A DNA stretch of 20,000 nt from Xylographa opegraphella (lineage: Eukaryota), in NCBI GenBank assembly GCA_022813865.1, contig JALDZX010000078.1, forward strand, positions 53,767 through 73,766, written 5' to 3'. The translations under genes were made by a program, and so were the position numbers. Under the pieces are notes generated by a model. The model saw only the letters and a list, made by a program, of their open reading frames with translations. It was not told the DNA's origin and searched no databases. Shown here one piece after another: positions 1-10,029 of this stretch; within the stretch, counting starts at the first letter, position 1; each line of letters opens with the position of its first letter.

Positions 1-586
1 ACCAGTCAACATGGCGGCTGCTGAGGGGGTGCTTGAGGCGATTCGATCATCTGGTCAGCGCCCCGAGGCTGTTCACTATGCTTCACTCATCCACGCCAAA
101 GGATGTGTTTTACATGATATCACCGGAGCACGCCAGATTTTCGACAATGTGCTAGCAGACACTACCATACGTCCTCAAGCATGTCTCTACCAAGCACTTT
201 TCGAGTCTATGGTGGCAAATCACTGCGTCAGCGAGACCGAGTCGGTCTTGAATAACATGGCTGTCAGGGGCGTTGAATTGACTCCATACATCGCAAACAC
301 CTTGATTCACGGCTGGGCCATGGAGAAGGACATCACTCAAGCCAAGTCAGCTTATGATAGCATTGGCAAGGACAAACGAGAGCCTAGCACATACGAGGCT
401 ATGACAAGGGCCTTCTTGGCTGTGGAGGATCGGGAGAGTGCATCGACGGTAGTTCATGAAATGCTCTCACGGGGATATCCCTCGGCTGTGTCCGGCAAGA
501 TCCTGGAGCTTCTTGGCCACGGGATGAGTCGTACGAGCAGCGTGAAGCCTTCCGTGATGGCCTCTGACATCTCAAACCAATTGTGA
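1..586 (+). CDS. cya5: C-terminal part of a pentatricopeptide-repeat (PPR) mitochondrial translation regulator, Cya5/Pet309-like; 5'-truncated by the window edge
   Basis: The frame is open from base 2 to TGA 584-586. It has successive PPR-like helical repeats (P-x-x-x-x-Y-x-x-L-I/F/M: PEAVHYASLIHA, PQACLYQALFES, LTPYIANTLIHGW, EPSTYEAMTRAF). The C-terminus resembles fungal Cya5 as I recall it. Confidence 0.8.
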   Translation, partial: PVNMAAAEGVLEAIRSSGQRPEAVHYASLIHAKGCVLHDITGARQIFDNVLADTTIRPQACLYQALFESMVANHCVSETESVLNNMAVRGVELTPYIANTLIHGWAMEKDITQAKSAYDSIGKDKREPSTYEAMTRAFLAVEDRESASTVVHEMLSRGYPSAVSGKILELLGHGMSRTSSVKPSVMASDISNQL

Positions 587-1394
587 AAGTCCTTTGTGGC
601 GATAGGTTACTAACTTCCTCTTTCTACATGATACTCGAGCATATATGAATGGAAATGGCAGATTGGGTATCGCGGCTTTGCGGTTGGCTTACAAAAATTG
701 GCGTTATTGGTGGAAGCATAGCATGCGAGGTGTCTAGTGGCAGCGCTCCTGTATAACAGCGGTCGAGCAGATTATGTGGGTGGCATATCTTGGAAGATAT
801 CTTGATGGCGCAGAACAGTACTGTACGATAGATAGACATCTCAACTCAAAGCTAGATCTAGTGCTCTAGAATCTAGGTAGACAAACGATGATCGTTATCA
901 ACTTGCAAAATCTCCTCGGCGTTCGACTGTCAGCAGAGGTGACATGCGACATTTAAATGATCACGATCCATGAATGTGCTCCGGCCCGTTCTCTCAAACG
1001 ATTTCGGGCACAGCAAACAATGCGGCATTCAGCCAGGTCCACCAAGTGTGGGACATCGATGTTCTGCAACTGGATCTGGGAGAGCGGATACGATTGATGT
1101 TCTCATTTGGAAAGTCGGCCTTAGACAACGTACATATTGCAAATCGTTTGAAGCAGTGAAGCAGTCTGGCTACAGACCGACGAATGTTATGTGGAGGCTG
1201 CCCTCATATATCCTAATGACTGACTACCGCTATCGCTGTCACATCTCTCGGGATCCGGAAGAAATTACCTGGAGACACGACAAGCTTACCCGGCGATGCA
1301 CGATGACCACATTACAGACGACACCTGAGGTTCCAGGAACAGAACTGCAAATCAAACACTACTTGAAGCATCCTACGACCCACCTTCTCTACTC

Positions 1395-2222
1395 ATGCGG
1401 GCCCCCTCCCCGCTCCTCTCCCAGCTGTCCCGCATGACTTCCTCCACCCCCAAAGAACGACACATCCGTACCCTCCCTTTCCCTCCCACTCTCTTGCGCT
1501 CCCCAAACGCACTAACAAAGTCTCCAGTGACCCCCACCGACTCCACCGACGCCTCTTTCCGCGCACAGCAGTACCAAAAAGGCACCCTCTCGCGCTCGCA
1601 GCTCCTGCCCTCCGCTTTCGCTCAGTTCGCCGCCTGGTTTGCTGCTGCGCAAGCCTCGCACGTGCACCAGCCTGAGACGGTATGCCTGTCCACGGCCGCG
1701 CTGCCCTCGGGCGCCGTGTCCTCGCGCTTCGTGTATTTAAAGGAACTGGACGCCAAGGGCTTTGTGATCTACAGTAACTGGGCGACGTCGCGCAAGGCGA
1801 GCGACGTGCGCAGCAACCCTGTTGCCAGCCTCGCGTTCTGGTGGCACGAGGTCGAGCGGCAGGTCCGCGTCGAGGGGGCCGTGGAGCGCTTGAGCCGGGA
1901 GGAGAGTCAGGCGTATTATGATCTGAGGGCCCGAGGAAGTAAGATCGGGGCGTGGGCGAGCGAGCAGAGTAGCGTGCTGAGGGAGGAAGATGGGGAAAGG
2001 GAGGTGCTGGAGAAGAGGGTAAAGGAGGTGGAAGGGAGATTTGCGGGTATGGAGGATGGGGAGATCCCAGTGCCGGAATTTTGGGGTGGGATCAGGGTGG
2101 TGCCAACGGTAGTCGAGTTTTGGCAGGGTAGGGAGAGTAGGTTACATGATCGGTTCAGGTATACGAAGGTAGGGGAGGGAAAAGGGGAAGGAGAGTGGAT
2201 GATTGAGCGACTGAGTCCGTAG
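1395..2222 (+). CDS. PDX3: Pyridoxamine 5'-phosphate oxidase; probable exons 1395-1467 and 1528-2222 (60-nt in-frame intron); alternative start at 1434
   Basis: PNPO motifs: SSRFVYLKELD-KGFVIYSN, SRKASD, FWWHEVERQVRVEG, SKIGAWASEQS, PEFWGG, EFWQGRESRLHDRFRY, and terminal ERLSP. Intron signals: GTACCC 1468, ACTAAC 1511, CAG 1525-1527. Confidence 0.95.
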   Translation: MRAPSPLLSQLSRMTSSTPKERHIRTLPFPPTLLRSPNALTKSPVTPTDSTDASFRAQQYQKGTLSRSQLLPSAFAQFAAWFAAAQASHVHQPETVCLSTAALPSGAVSSRFVYLKELDAKGFVIYSNWATSRKASDVRSNPVASLAFWWHEVERQVRVEGAVERLSREESQAYYDLRARGSKIGAWASEQSSVLREEDGEREVLEKRVKEVEGRFAGMEDGEIPVPEFWGGIRVVPTVVEFWQGRESRLHDRFRYTKVGEGKGEGEWMIERLSP

Positions 2223-2300
2223 GACGCGTTAGCTGTGCGTGTAACTGGTGAACAGGTGAGTAGTATTGAACGAATACGAGATGAGCCACGATATATTATG

Positions 2301-4072
2301 CTATCCTATTCGATATGGTTCAGCGCCCTTGCCAAAAATAAGATGTGGCTTGCGAGCAGCCACGTCTAGCACTGTTTGTGCAAACACAGAATTAGCCCAG
2401 GCAAACCAACTCCCTGCTTGATATCAGCAATTTGTCATAGTTAAAGGAATCCCGACCACCTACGAGTATAGTCTGCAACTCTTTCGACATTGATGCTTTC
2501 GTGTATCAAGCCCAATTTGCTAGTCTTCAACACAGCCTCGAGACTGTCTAATATCTCTTCGTCATCATCACTAGTCATCGCCTGAACGAGCCTGCTCATG
2601 GGCCAAGCGTGCTGAAGTCCAATATGGGGACCTCCAATCGCGCTAAAGCCTTTCCCTGTCAGGTAATACGGATTACCTGACTTCTCAAGTATCATTTTCC
2701 GCGTATTTTGGTAAATTTTGTCAGAGACATCAACAAAGCCTAGGAGCGGCAAGGCCAGAAGTGACGGCAGATTAGCGTCATCCATCAGTATTTGCGAGCC
2801 GTACCCATCCACTTCGAAAGCAAACACCTCGCCGTAGTGCTTGTGCCTGACAACACCGTGCTCCCAAACCCCCTTCTCAATACTCGAGGCGCGGGCTAGG
2901 AGTACGTTGCGAAGTTCTACCTTGCCGGCTGATCCGACAACTTCGGCCGTGCGCTTGAGCTCTACGGCCATCATGGCGTTCGCAGGAATGAAAAACCCCA
3001 ATATGGTGGCATCGTCGCTGGGCCGGAAAGCGCTCCGAACGAGCCCTGTGCGACCATTGAGAGGATTACCGACTCCACCAAGGGCCAGTGTTTCACTGCT
3101 CACCGTAGTAACCCTCTGAAAAGTGTACTCGTTGATTTCAAACTTCCCTGTTGTTTCGTTGAACGTCGACTTCGACTGTTCATCTAGAACTACTAGTAGC
3201 GTTTCCAGGGCTGTATACCAGCGATTCGTCAGAAACGCTGTAGACTTTGTTGTGGCATAGAACTGGTTTCCGAGGGTTAAGAAATGAGCCAAAGAGTCTA
3301 GCTCATATTTGCATTCGAAAACTTGGGTCGATTCAAAAGCTGGGTGGACAGTATCGTGCTGACCGTTGCCAGTTGGTGGTATATTACTTGGTGGAGGTGG
3401 TTGAAATGCATTGCAATACGGCGACTCAATCACATATTCAGCTTGTGTATTGATCGCCCCTAGGATCAAAGCCTCAATCTTTTTGTCTTTCGGTGCCAAT
3501 GCTTGATATTGCGCCAACTGGTTGGTAGAGTCCCGTAACCATTCAGCATTGATATCTCCGGTCACAATAAAGCTCTGGGGTCCTTCCCAAACGCCGTTGC
3601 TACTCCCACCCACGTAGAGCTTAGCCTTGGTCTTCTTTTGCGTTCCATCAACATGCCATCGGACGGTGGTATCGAGCGTGTTCGGGAATGCATTCTCGAA
3701 TAGTCGGGCAAGGTCCTTATCCTCCATACGAGATGTGATATCCTCGATGACTTTCTCGACCAGAGGCGATGTAAATGTACGACAGGGTAGTGAAGGTCTT
3801 TGGTATGGTAAGGCCAATGGTCCTTCGCTCAACGGACGACTACCAGTGTTCAGCGGTTTCTTGAGACTCGCCAACGAGCATACTTACTGAGGAAAGACGG
3901 CGTAGTGCTGATAATCAGGACATGCTGCTCTGTATCTCGCACCATCCAGGTCAGACTCGAGAACATTCTGGCCCCCACCTGCTCTTGTGTCTTCGCCTGG
4001 CACTGCCATTGTCATAAGAAAGGCGCACGTCAAGCTCAGGAGTCGAGCGGCGAAACCCGGAGAAGCCATCAT
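2301..4072 (-). CDS. Glycoside hydrolase family 125 (DUF1237 / Mug157-like; metal-independent alpha-mannosidase fold) with signal peptide; exons 4072-3888, 3839-2464, 2413-2301 (557 aa)
   Basis: Motifs LFENAFPNTLDTT, TGDINAEWLRDS, ECKYELDSL, RSAFRPSDDA, MDDANLPSLL, IGGPH, WPMS and IHES, plus spliced YTRSWFAWANS. Introns are 3887-3840 (GTAAGT..TAG) and 2463-2414 (GTAGGT..GCTGAT..CAG). The N-terminus is hydrophobic (LLSLTCAFLMTMA). Confidence 0.9.
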
Positions 4073-4880
4073 ACAACTATCGATCAAGATGAAGGCTTGC
4101 TACGCAATGAACTTTCGCCGGGTAGACTACACGTATAGACGTGAATCCCGTGTGCTAGGACAATTGCTGCTTTCCGTAGCAGCCAAGCCCCACAGCATCA
4201 CATAGGTCCAAGGTCAATATGTCGTGGGCAGCATTTTGAAGCTCTGCATGTAGCGGGAAGTATCCCTTCTGCAAACCATAGCCGCTGCTATTGATGCAAT
4301 TGCACCCTTGATTATGGCTACAGAGAAATACCGCTCTTAAAGTTTGCGTCTGTAGAGTAGTCTAGAGCAAGGTAATTGCCGTAGAGTAGTCTAGCTGATG
4401 ATTCAGGCGGCGGCACGCGGCGGCAGGCGGCGGGTGAGTCAGCCTTGCCGCGGAAGACAAGTGACCACCCCGGTCAAGCCAATCCTCGATTGCATCAGAC
4501 AGTGTCAAATCTCTTCCTCGCCCAGCGCCTTCTCTCTTTTTTGCTGCAAACTTCCGCATCTGGTTCAAGGGGAAGCTTCTTGCACCAACCCTCTCTCTGT
4601 CATCTCTTACTGTAAGGGAAGCTTCGAGGTGTCACCAACGAGCTATAAGTGAAATCACGGGCACATGCACACAACTAATCTTTCTGCTCAGAGCATCTGA
4701 TCCGCATAGCGTGCTTTTCGGCCTGCAGCCTCCATAACCACCAGCAATAGCCTTCGGCTCGCAGAAGTGCGAGCAAGTCGATAGTCACCCGTCATTCACT
4801 CCCACGCAGACACTCCGGAGGTGGACAAAGTGGGCAAGCGGAAGACCTCCAGTGAAGATTTGCGCCCACACAAGAAGATC

Positions 4881-7800
4881 ATGACGGTTAGTGCCTTTAT
4901 TTATGATGCACGAGATGGCTCATGAATCATTCGGCTCGGACTTCTGCTGCTTGGCTATTGGAATAAGACAACCCGACAATCTGTCAGAAAAATACCTTAC
5001 CGTCGCGCTCTACTTGCTTTGCAATCAGCGGAGTCTTGCGTCTTCATCTCATAACCCTACTAATTTTTGCTAATAGGACAGCAAAATGGATGTCGATGTC
5101 CCTGCACCCGAGCGGGCACAGGACACCACCAACGCTGAGATAGATGAATCTCTCTACAGCAGACAGCTTTATGTACTTGGCCACGAAGCCATGAAGCGGA
5201 TGGGGTCTTCGCACGTCTTGATAGCTGGCATGCGGGGTCTCGGCATTGAAATAGGTGATGAGTACTGTATTGATTCCTCCTCGGACTGTGTCTGACCGTA
5301 TTACCTTCTAGCCAAGAACATCGCTCTTGCTGGTGTCAAATCTCTTACGTTGTTTGATCCTGCGCCTGCCGCCATGTCCGATCTCTCCTCCCAATTCTTC
5401 CTCCATTTAGACGACATCGGAAAACCAAGAGCACAGGTCACTGCCCCTCGAGTATCTGAATTAAATGCCTATACTCCTGTCTCAGTACACCATTCAGAGA
5501 GTCTTACTTCAGACCTTGATCAACTCCGGCGATATCAGGTTATCGTGCTTACTGACACGGGCCTGAAAGACCAGCTCATCATTTCCGATTACTGCCACCA
5601 GAATGGAATCTTCCTGATTATCACAGATATTTATGGTTTATTTGGATATATTTTCACGGACTTTGGTGACAAATTTCCCTGCGTGGACCCGACTGGCGAA
5701 AGTCCGTTAAGCGGAATTGTTGCGGACATCGACTCTGACGGACTTGTGTCTGCGCTGGATGAGACAAGACATGGTCTTGAGGACGGAGATTACGTTACGT
5801 TCACGGAGGTCGAAGGAATGGAAGGATTGAATAACGCGGAGCCGCGTAAGGTTGAGGTTAAGGGCCCTTATACGTTCTCAATCGGAGATGTGTCCGGATT
5901 GGGACAGTATAAGAAAGGCGGCCTGTTCACGCAGGCCAAGATGCCTAAAGTAATCAACTTCAAGTCGTTCACCGATCAGTTTGAAAACCCAGAATTCATG
6001 ATCTCCGACTTCGCCAAGTTCGATCGGCCTCAACAGCTTCACATTGGTATTCAAGCTTTACATGACTTTGTAGGAAGGCATGAAGGTCAATTACCGCGGG
6101 CACACAATGATGAAGACGCTGTGGAAGTATTCGAAGTGGCCCAGTCCATTGCAGCGAAAGGAAAGCAACCAGTTGAGCTTGATAGAAAGATTATCCAGGA
6201 ACTGAGTTACCAGGCTCGAGGAGACCTCAGTCCGATGGCTGCATTCTTTGGTGGACTCGCTGCGCAAGAAGTCCTCAAGTCTGTTTCGGGGAAATTTCAC
6301 CCAGTGGTACAATGGCTGTACTATGATTCGCTTGAATCGCTACCATCCTCTACACAACGATCCGAGGAGCTCTGCAAGCCCCTGAATAGTCGATACGATG
6401 GACAAATCGCCGTCTTTGGTCGAGAATTCCAGGAAAAGATCTCAAACACACAAGAATTTCTTGTCGGAGCGGGTGCTATCGGATGCGAGATGTTGAAGAA
6501 CTGGGCAATGATAGGACTGGCAAGTGGTCCCAATGGCAAGATCAGCGTTGCAGACATGGATACCATAGAAAAAAGCAACCTCAACAGGCAATTCTTGTTC
6601 AGGACCAAAGACGTTGGCAGAATGAAGAGTGATGCAGCAACAGAAGCAGTAGAGGCCATGAATCCGGATCTAAAAGGAAAGATTGTCACCCTGAAGGACC
6701 GAGTTGGACCGGAGACTGAACACATCTTCAATGAAAGTTTCTGGGAAGGACTCGATGGAGTTACCAACGCTTTGGACAACGTAGAAGCCCGACAATATGT
6801 TGACCGCCGGTGTGTCTTCTTTAGAAAACCACTGTTGGAGAGTGGAACTCTCGGCACTAAGGGAAACACACAAGTCGTCCTTCCAAATTTGACGGAATCG
6901 TACAGTAGTTCTCAAGATCCTCCAGAGCTATCTTTCCCACAGTGTACATTGAAGAGTTTCCCTAACAAGATCGAGCATACCATTGCCTGGGCTAAAGAGA
7001 AGTTCCATGGCTACTTTGTCGGCCCCCCGGAGATTGTCAACCTCTACTTGACAAAGCCTAACTACATTCAAGAAACCTTGAAACAATCGGGTAATGAGAT
7101 AGGAACACTTGAGACTCTACGAGATTACCTGGTCACTGAGAAGCCTCTGAATTTTGACGACTGTATAATATGGGCAAGGAACATGTTTGAAAAGGAATAC
7201 AACAACGCTATTCAGCAGCTTTTGTTCAATTTCCCGAAGGACTCGACCACATCCAGTGGGGCCGCTTTCTGGTCAGGCCCCAAACGTGCTCCAAATCCGC
7301 TTAAATTCAACGTCAATAACCCTACACACCTAAGTTACGTGGTTTCCGCAGCCAATTTACATGCATTCAATTATGGTATCAAGAGCGGAAGCGTTCCTGA
7401 GAGTCACTATAAGAAGGTGATGAGTAATATGATAATACCGGAATTCAACCCGGATCCCAAGGTCAAGATACAGGCAGACGACAACGAGCCTGATCCAAAT
7501 GCTCGACCTGAAGGATCATCCTTTGATGATAACGATGAGCTGCAGAAGATCCAGGATCAATTACCACCACCGAAATCCCTGCCTGGCTTTAAACTTGAAC
7601 CTGTAGAATTTGAGAAAGATGACGATACAAACTACCACATCGATTTCATCACTGCCGCCAGTAACCTGAGAGCAGAGAATTATGCCATAGCCACAGCTGA
7701 TCGACACAAGACCAAATTCATCGCTGGCAAGATTATTCCAGCCATTGCCACTACAACTGCACTCGTAACAGGCTTGGTGATATTAGAACTTTACAAGATA

Positions 7801-8302
7801 ATCGATGGTAAGACAGATATTGAGCAGTACAAAAACGGCTTTATCAACCTCGCTCTACCCTTCTTTGGTTTCGGTGAGCCAATGCCCAGTCCAAAGGGTG
7901 AATATATTGGCAAGAACGGCAAAGTCACAATCGACAAGCTATGGGACCGATTCGAAGTGGAGAACGTGACTCTGACTGAGTTCTTGAACGACTTTAAGGA
8001 GAAGGGACTTGATGTTACTATGATCAGCTCGGGCGTTAGTCTGTTATACGCAAGCTTCTATCCCCCAAAGAAGAATGCGGATAGATTGGGGTTGAAGTAA
8101 GTGCATCCACGGGATCATTCTACACCCGATAGCGATGATCTCATACTAATAGTTGCATTGCAGGCTCGATCAACTGGTAGAGACTATCAGCAAGAAACCC
8201 ATTCCATCGCATCAGAAGAACGTGATTTTCGAGATCACGGCTGAGGATCAAACAGAGGAGGATGTGGAGATTCCATACGTGATGGTCAAGTTGAGGAAGT
8301 AG
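4881..8302 (+). CDS. UBA1: Ubiquitin-activating enzyme E1; exons 4881-4886, 5077-5254, 5312-8096, 8164-8302 (1035 aa from the AUG; possible 17-aa GTG-initiated extension from 4830)
   Basis: Motifs [41 protein letters not shown], catalytic Cys in [36 protein letters not shown] and C-terminal EDVEIPYV. Introns are 4887-5076, 5255-5311 and 8097-8163. The spliced length of 3108 nt is in frame. Confidence 0.98.
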
Positions 8303-8784
8303 GCTGCATTGAATTCTAGATTCGCATGTGGATCCTGTGTGGCGGTTAGATCTCATGATGTACTGAACAACAACGACTGTGTGAGGGGCTCGGATGGAAC
8401 ATGGGTAGATCTCGAGCGTTCGGCTTATATATTAGACAGTCAACGTGTGCACTGGAAGGAGCATTCATGTACACCTTTCCATCCTTGGTCGTACGTGCAG
8501 CTTGTGATTCAAACCGAATGTTGCCTTGGCAAGACTACATATTCGGAACAACCGGAATGCTGCAACTTTGAATGTTGAAGTGACTGGTGTCTACATAGAC
8601 GCTTCAAGCTGTTATGTGGTACTCAAGTCATCCAATCCAAGCCTGGGGACCTAGATCTATATATCCGGAACTTTGGGGCAATGAACGTCTCGTTGTCAAG
8701 TTGTTCTCTTGCGGTCCATACACCATTCTGGGTTCTGTGCAACACACCGTCCCTTGACCCACCACCTCCACCAAGTTCTTCCTT

Positions 8785-10029
8785 TCACTTCTTCCCGCCG
8801 ACCGCGGCCTTCACCGCCTCCACTTCCTCATTCTCCGGTAGAATATCGGGCAACGGTCCGACGGGCGTAATACTCGGCGGGTTGATCTGCGTGTGGCTCC
8901 GGGTGTAATGCCGCTTGATATGCTCAAACTGCGTGGTGTCGTGGAATGCCGGTACGTTCCAATATAGATGACGCACCCACCTGTGTAATGCGGGGAAGCC
9001 GCTACGGATGTCACGAATGTTGCATTTGAAGTGTTGCACGTACACGGGGTCGAAGCGAATGATGGTGGTGAAGAGGCGGATGTCGGCTTCAGTGACGGTG
9101 TTGCCAAAGTAATAAGGGTGGGATTGGGAGGCGAGGTGGGATTCGGCGCGCGCGAGGGAGGCGAAGAGCGGGGCGATGGCAGATTCATACGCTTCTTGCG
9201 TGCTGTGGGAGACAGAGGGATGTTAGTGGTGTGTCAGGTGTTCGGATGGATAGGCATATGGAGATAGGCACGTACGAAGCGAAACCGGTTTTGTAGACGC
9301 CGTTGTTGATGTCGTTGTATGTCCAATCATTGGTGCTCTCGATTTCCTCCTGCAGGTGTTGCGGAAAGAGATCGACCTTCTTGTATTCCTCTGACAGGAT
9401 GTCGTCGAATTCGTTGTAGAACATGCGGATGATTTCGCTGGACTCGTTGCTCACGATCTTCTTCTGCTTGATGTCGTAGAGTGTCGGTACGGTAAAGCGA
9501 CCTTCATACTCCGGGTCGACTGCGAAATAGATGTCGCGTAGGTGCGTGTAGTCTGGATGAATGGGGTCGGGGCCCACGTACTCGCCTGGCAGCTTTTCAT
9601 CGGTGGTGGCAAAGCGCCAGCCTGGCGGGTTGTAAGAATAGTAGACCTGGTAGAGAGAAGAGCGGAGGGACAACACCCTTGTCTTGCATATGCCAATGGA
9701 CAGAAGTGTAGGGAATTATCTCCTCGAGACCTTTCAGCTTTCGGGCGATGAGGGTACGGTGTGCTGGCAAAAATCTTTCAGTCCTTTTCAATGCGCTGCA
9801 TCTTATCGTCGAAGACTTACCCCAAGGACATGCATAAGAGACATATAAGTGATATCTCCCTTTCTCAGGAGGAAATTCGGCGCCGGACTTCTTGGATATG
9901 AAGTGCCGGAAGGCAGATTGGCCGCGCTTGAACTCCCCAGTCTTGGAGTCCGCCCAAGCCGTAATTTTCTGTTTCCCAGTCAGTGTTTGCAGTATTGATG
10001 ATTCCTGTACGCACGGAAGATCCGGACAT
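8785..10029 (-). CDS. ECM4: Glutathionyl-hydroquinone reductase-type (Xi/omega-like) glutathione transferase, Ecm4/YqjG family; exons 10029-10015, 9968-9821, 9763-9677, 9621-9276, 9202-8785 (337 aa; 373 aa from upstream AUG 10137)
   Basis: Motifs GEFKR, GRYHLYVSYACPWAHRTLI (catalytic CPWA), RFTVPTLYD, IVSNESSEIIRM, INNGVYKTGFA, TEADIRLFTTIIRFDPVY and HIKRHY..SH.QINP. Four GT-AG introns restore one 1014-nt frame. Confidence 0.93.

Noticed and set aside
4887..5076. Box C/D snoRNA or stwintron in the long UBA1 intron
   Set aside because: There is only an imperfect C box (ATGATGC) and no CTGA D box, and I could not identify a nested donor arrangement.
6091..6915. Antisense ORFs within UBA1 (and similar ones within the GH125, GST, protease and MFS genes)
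   Set aside because: These are shadow ORFs of well-supported genes on the opposite strand, with no independent motifs.
8782..8790. Stop-codon readthrough to a peroxisomal signal in the GST or other genes
   Set aside because: The GST stop context is TGA AAG, and none of the stops checked has the TGA CTA readthrough motif.
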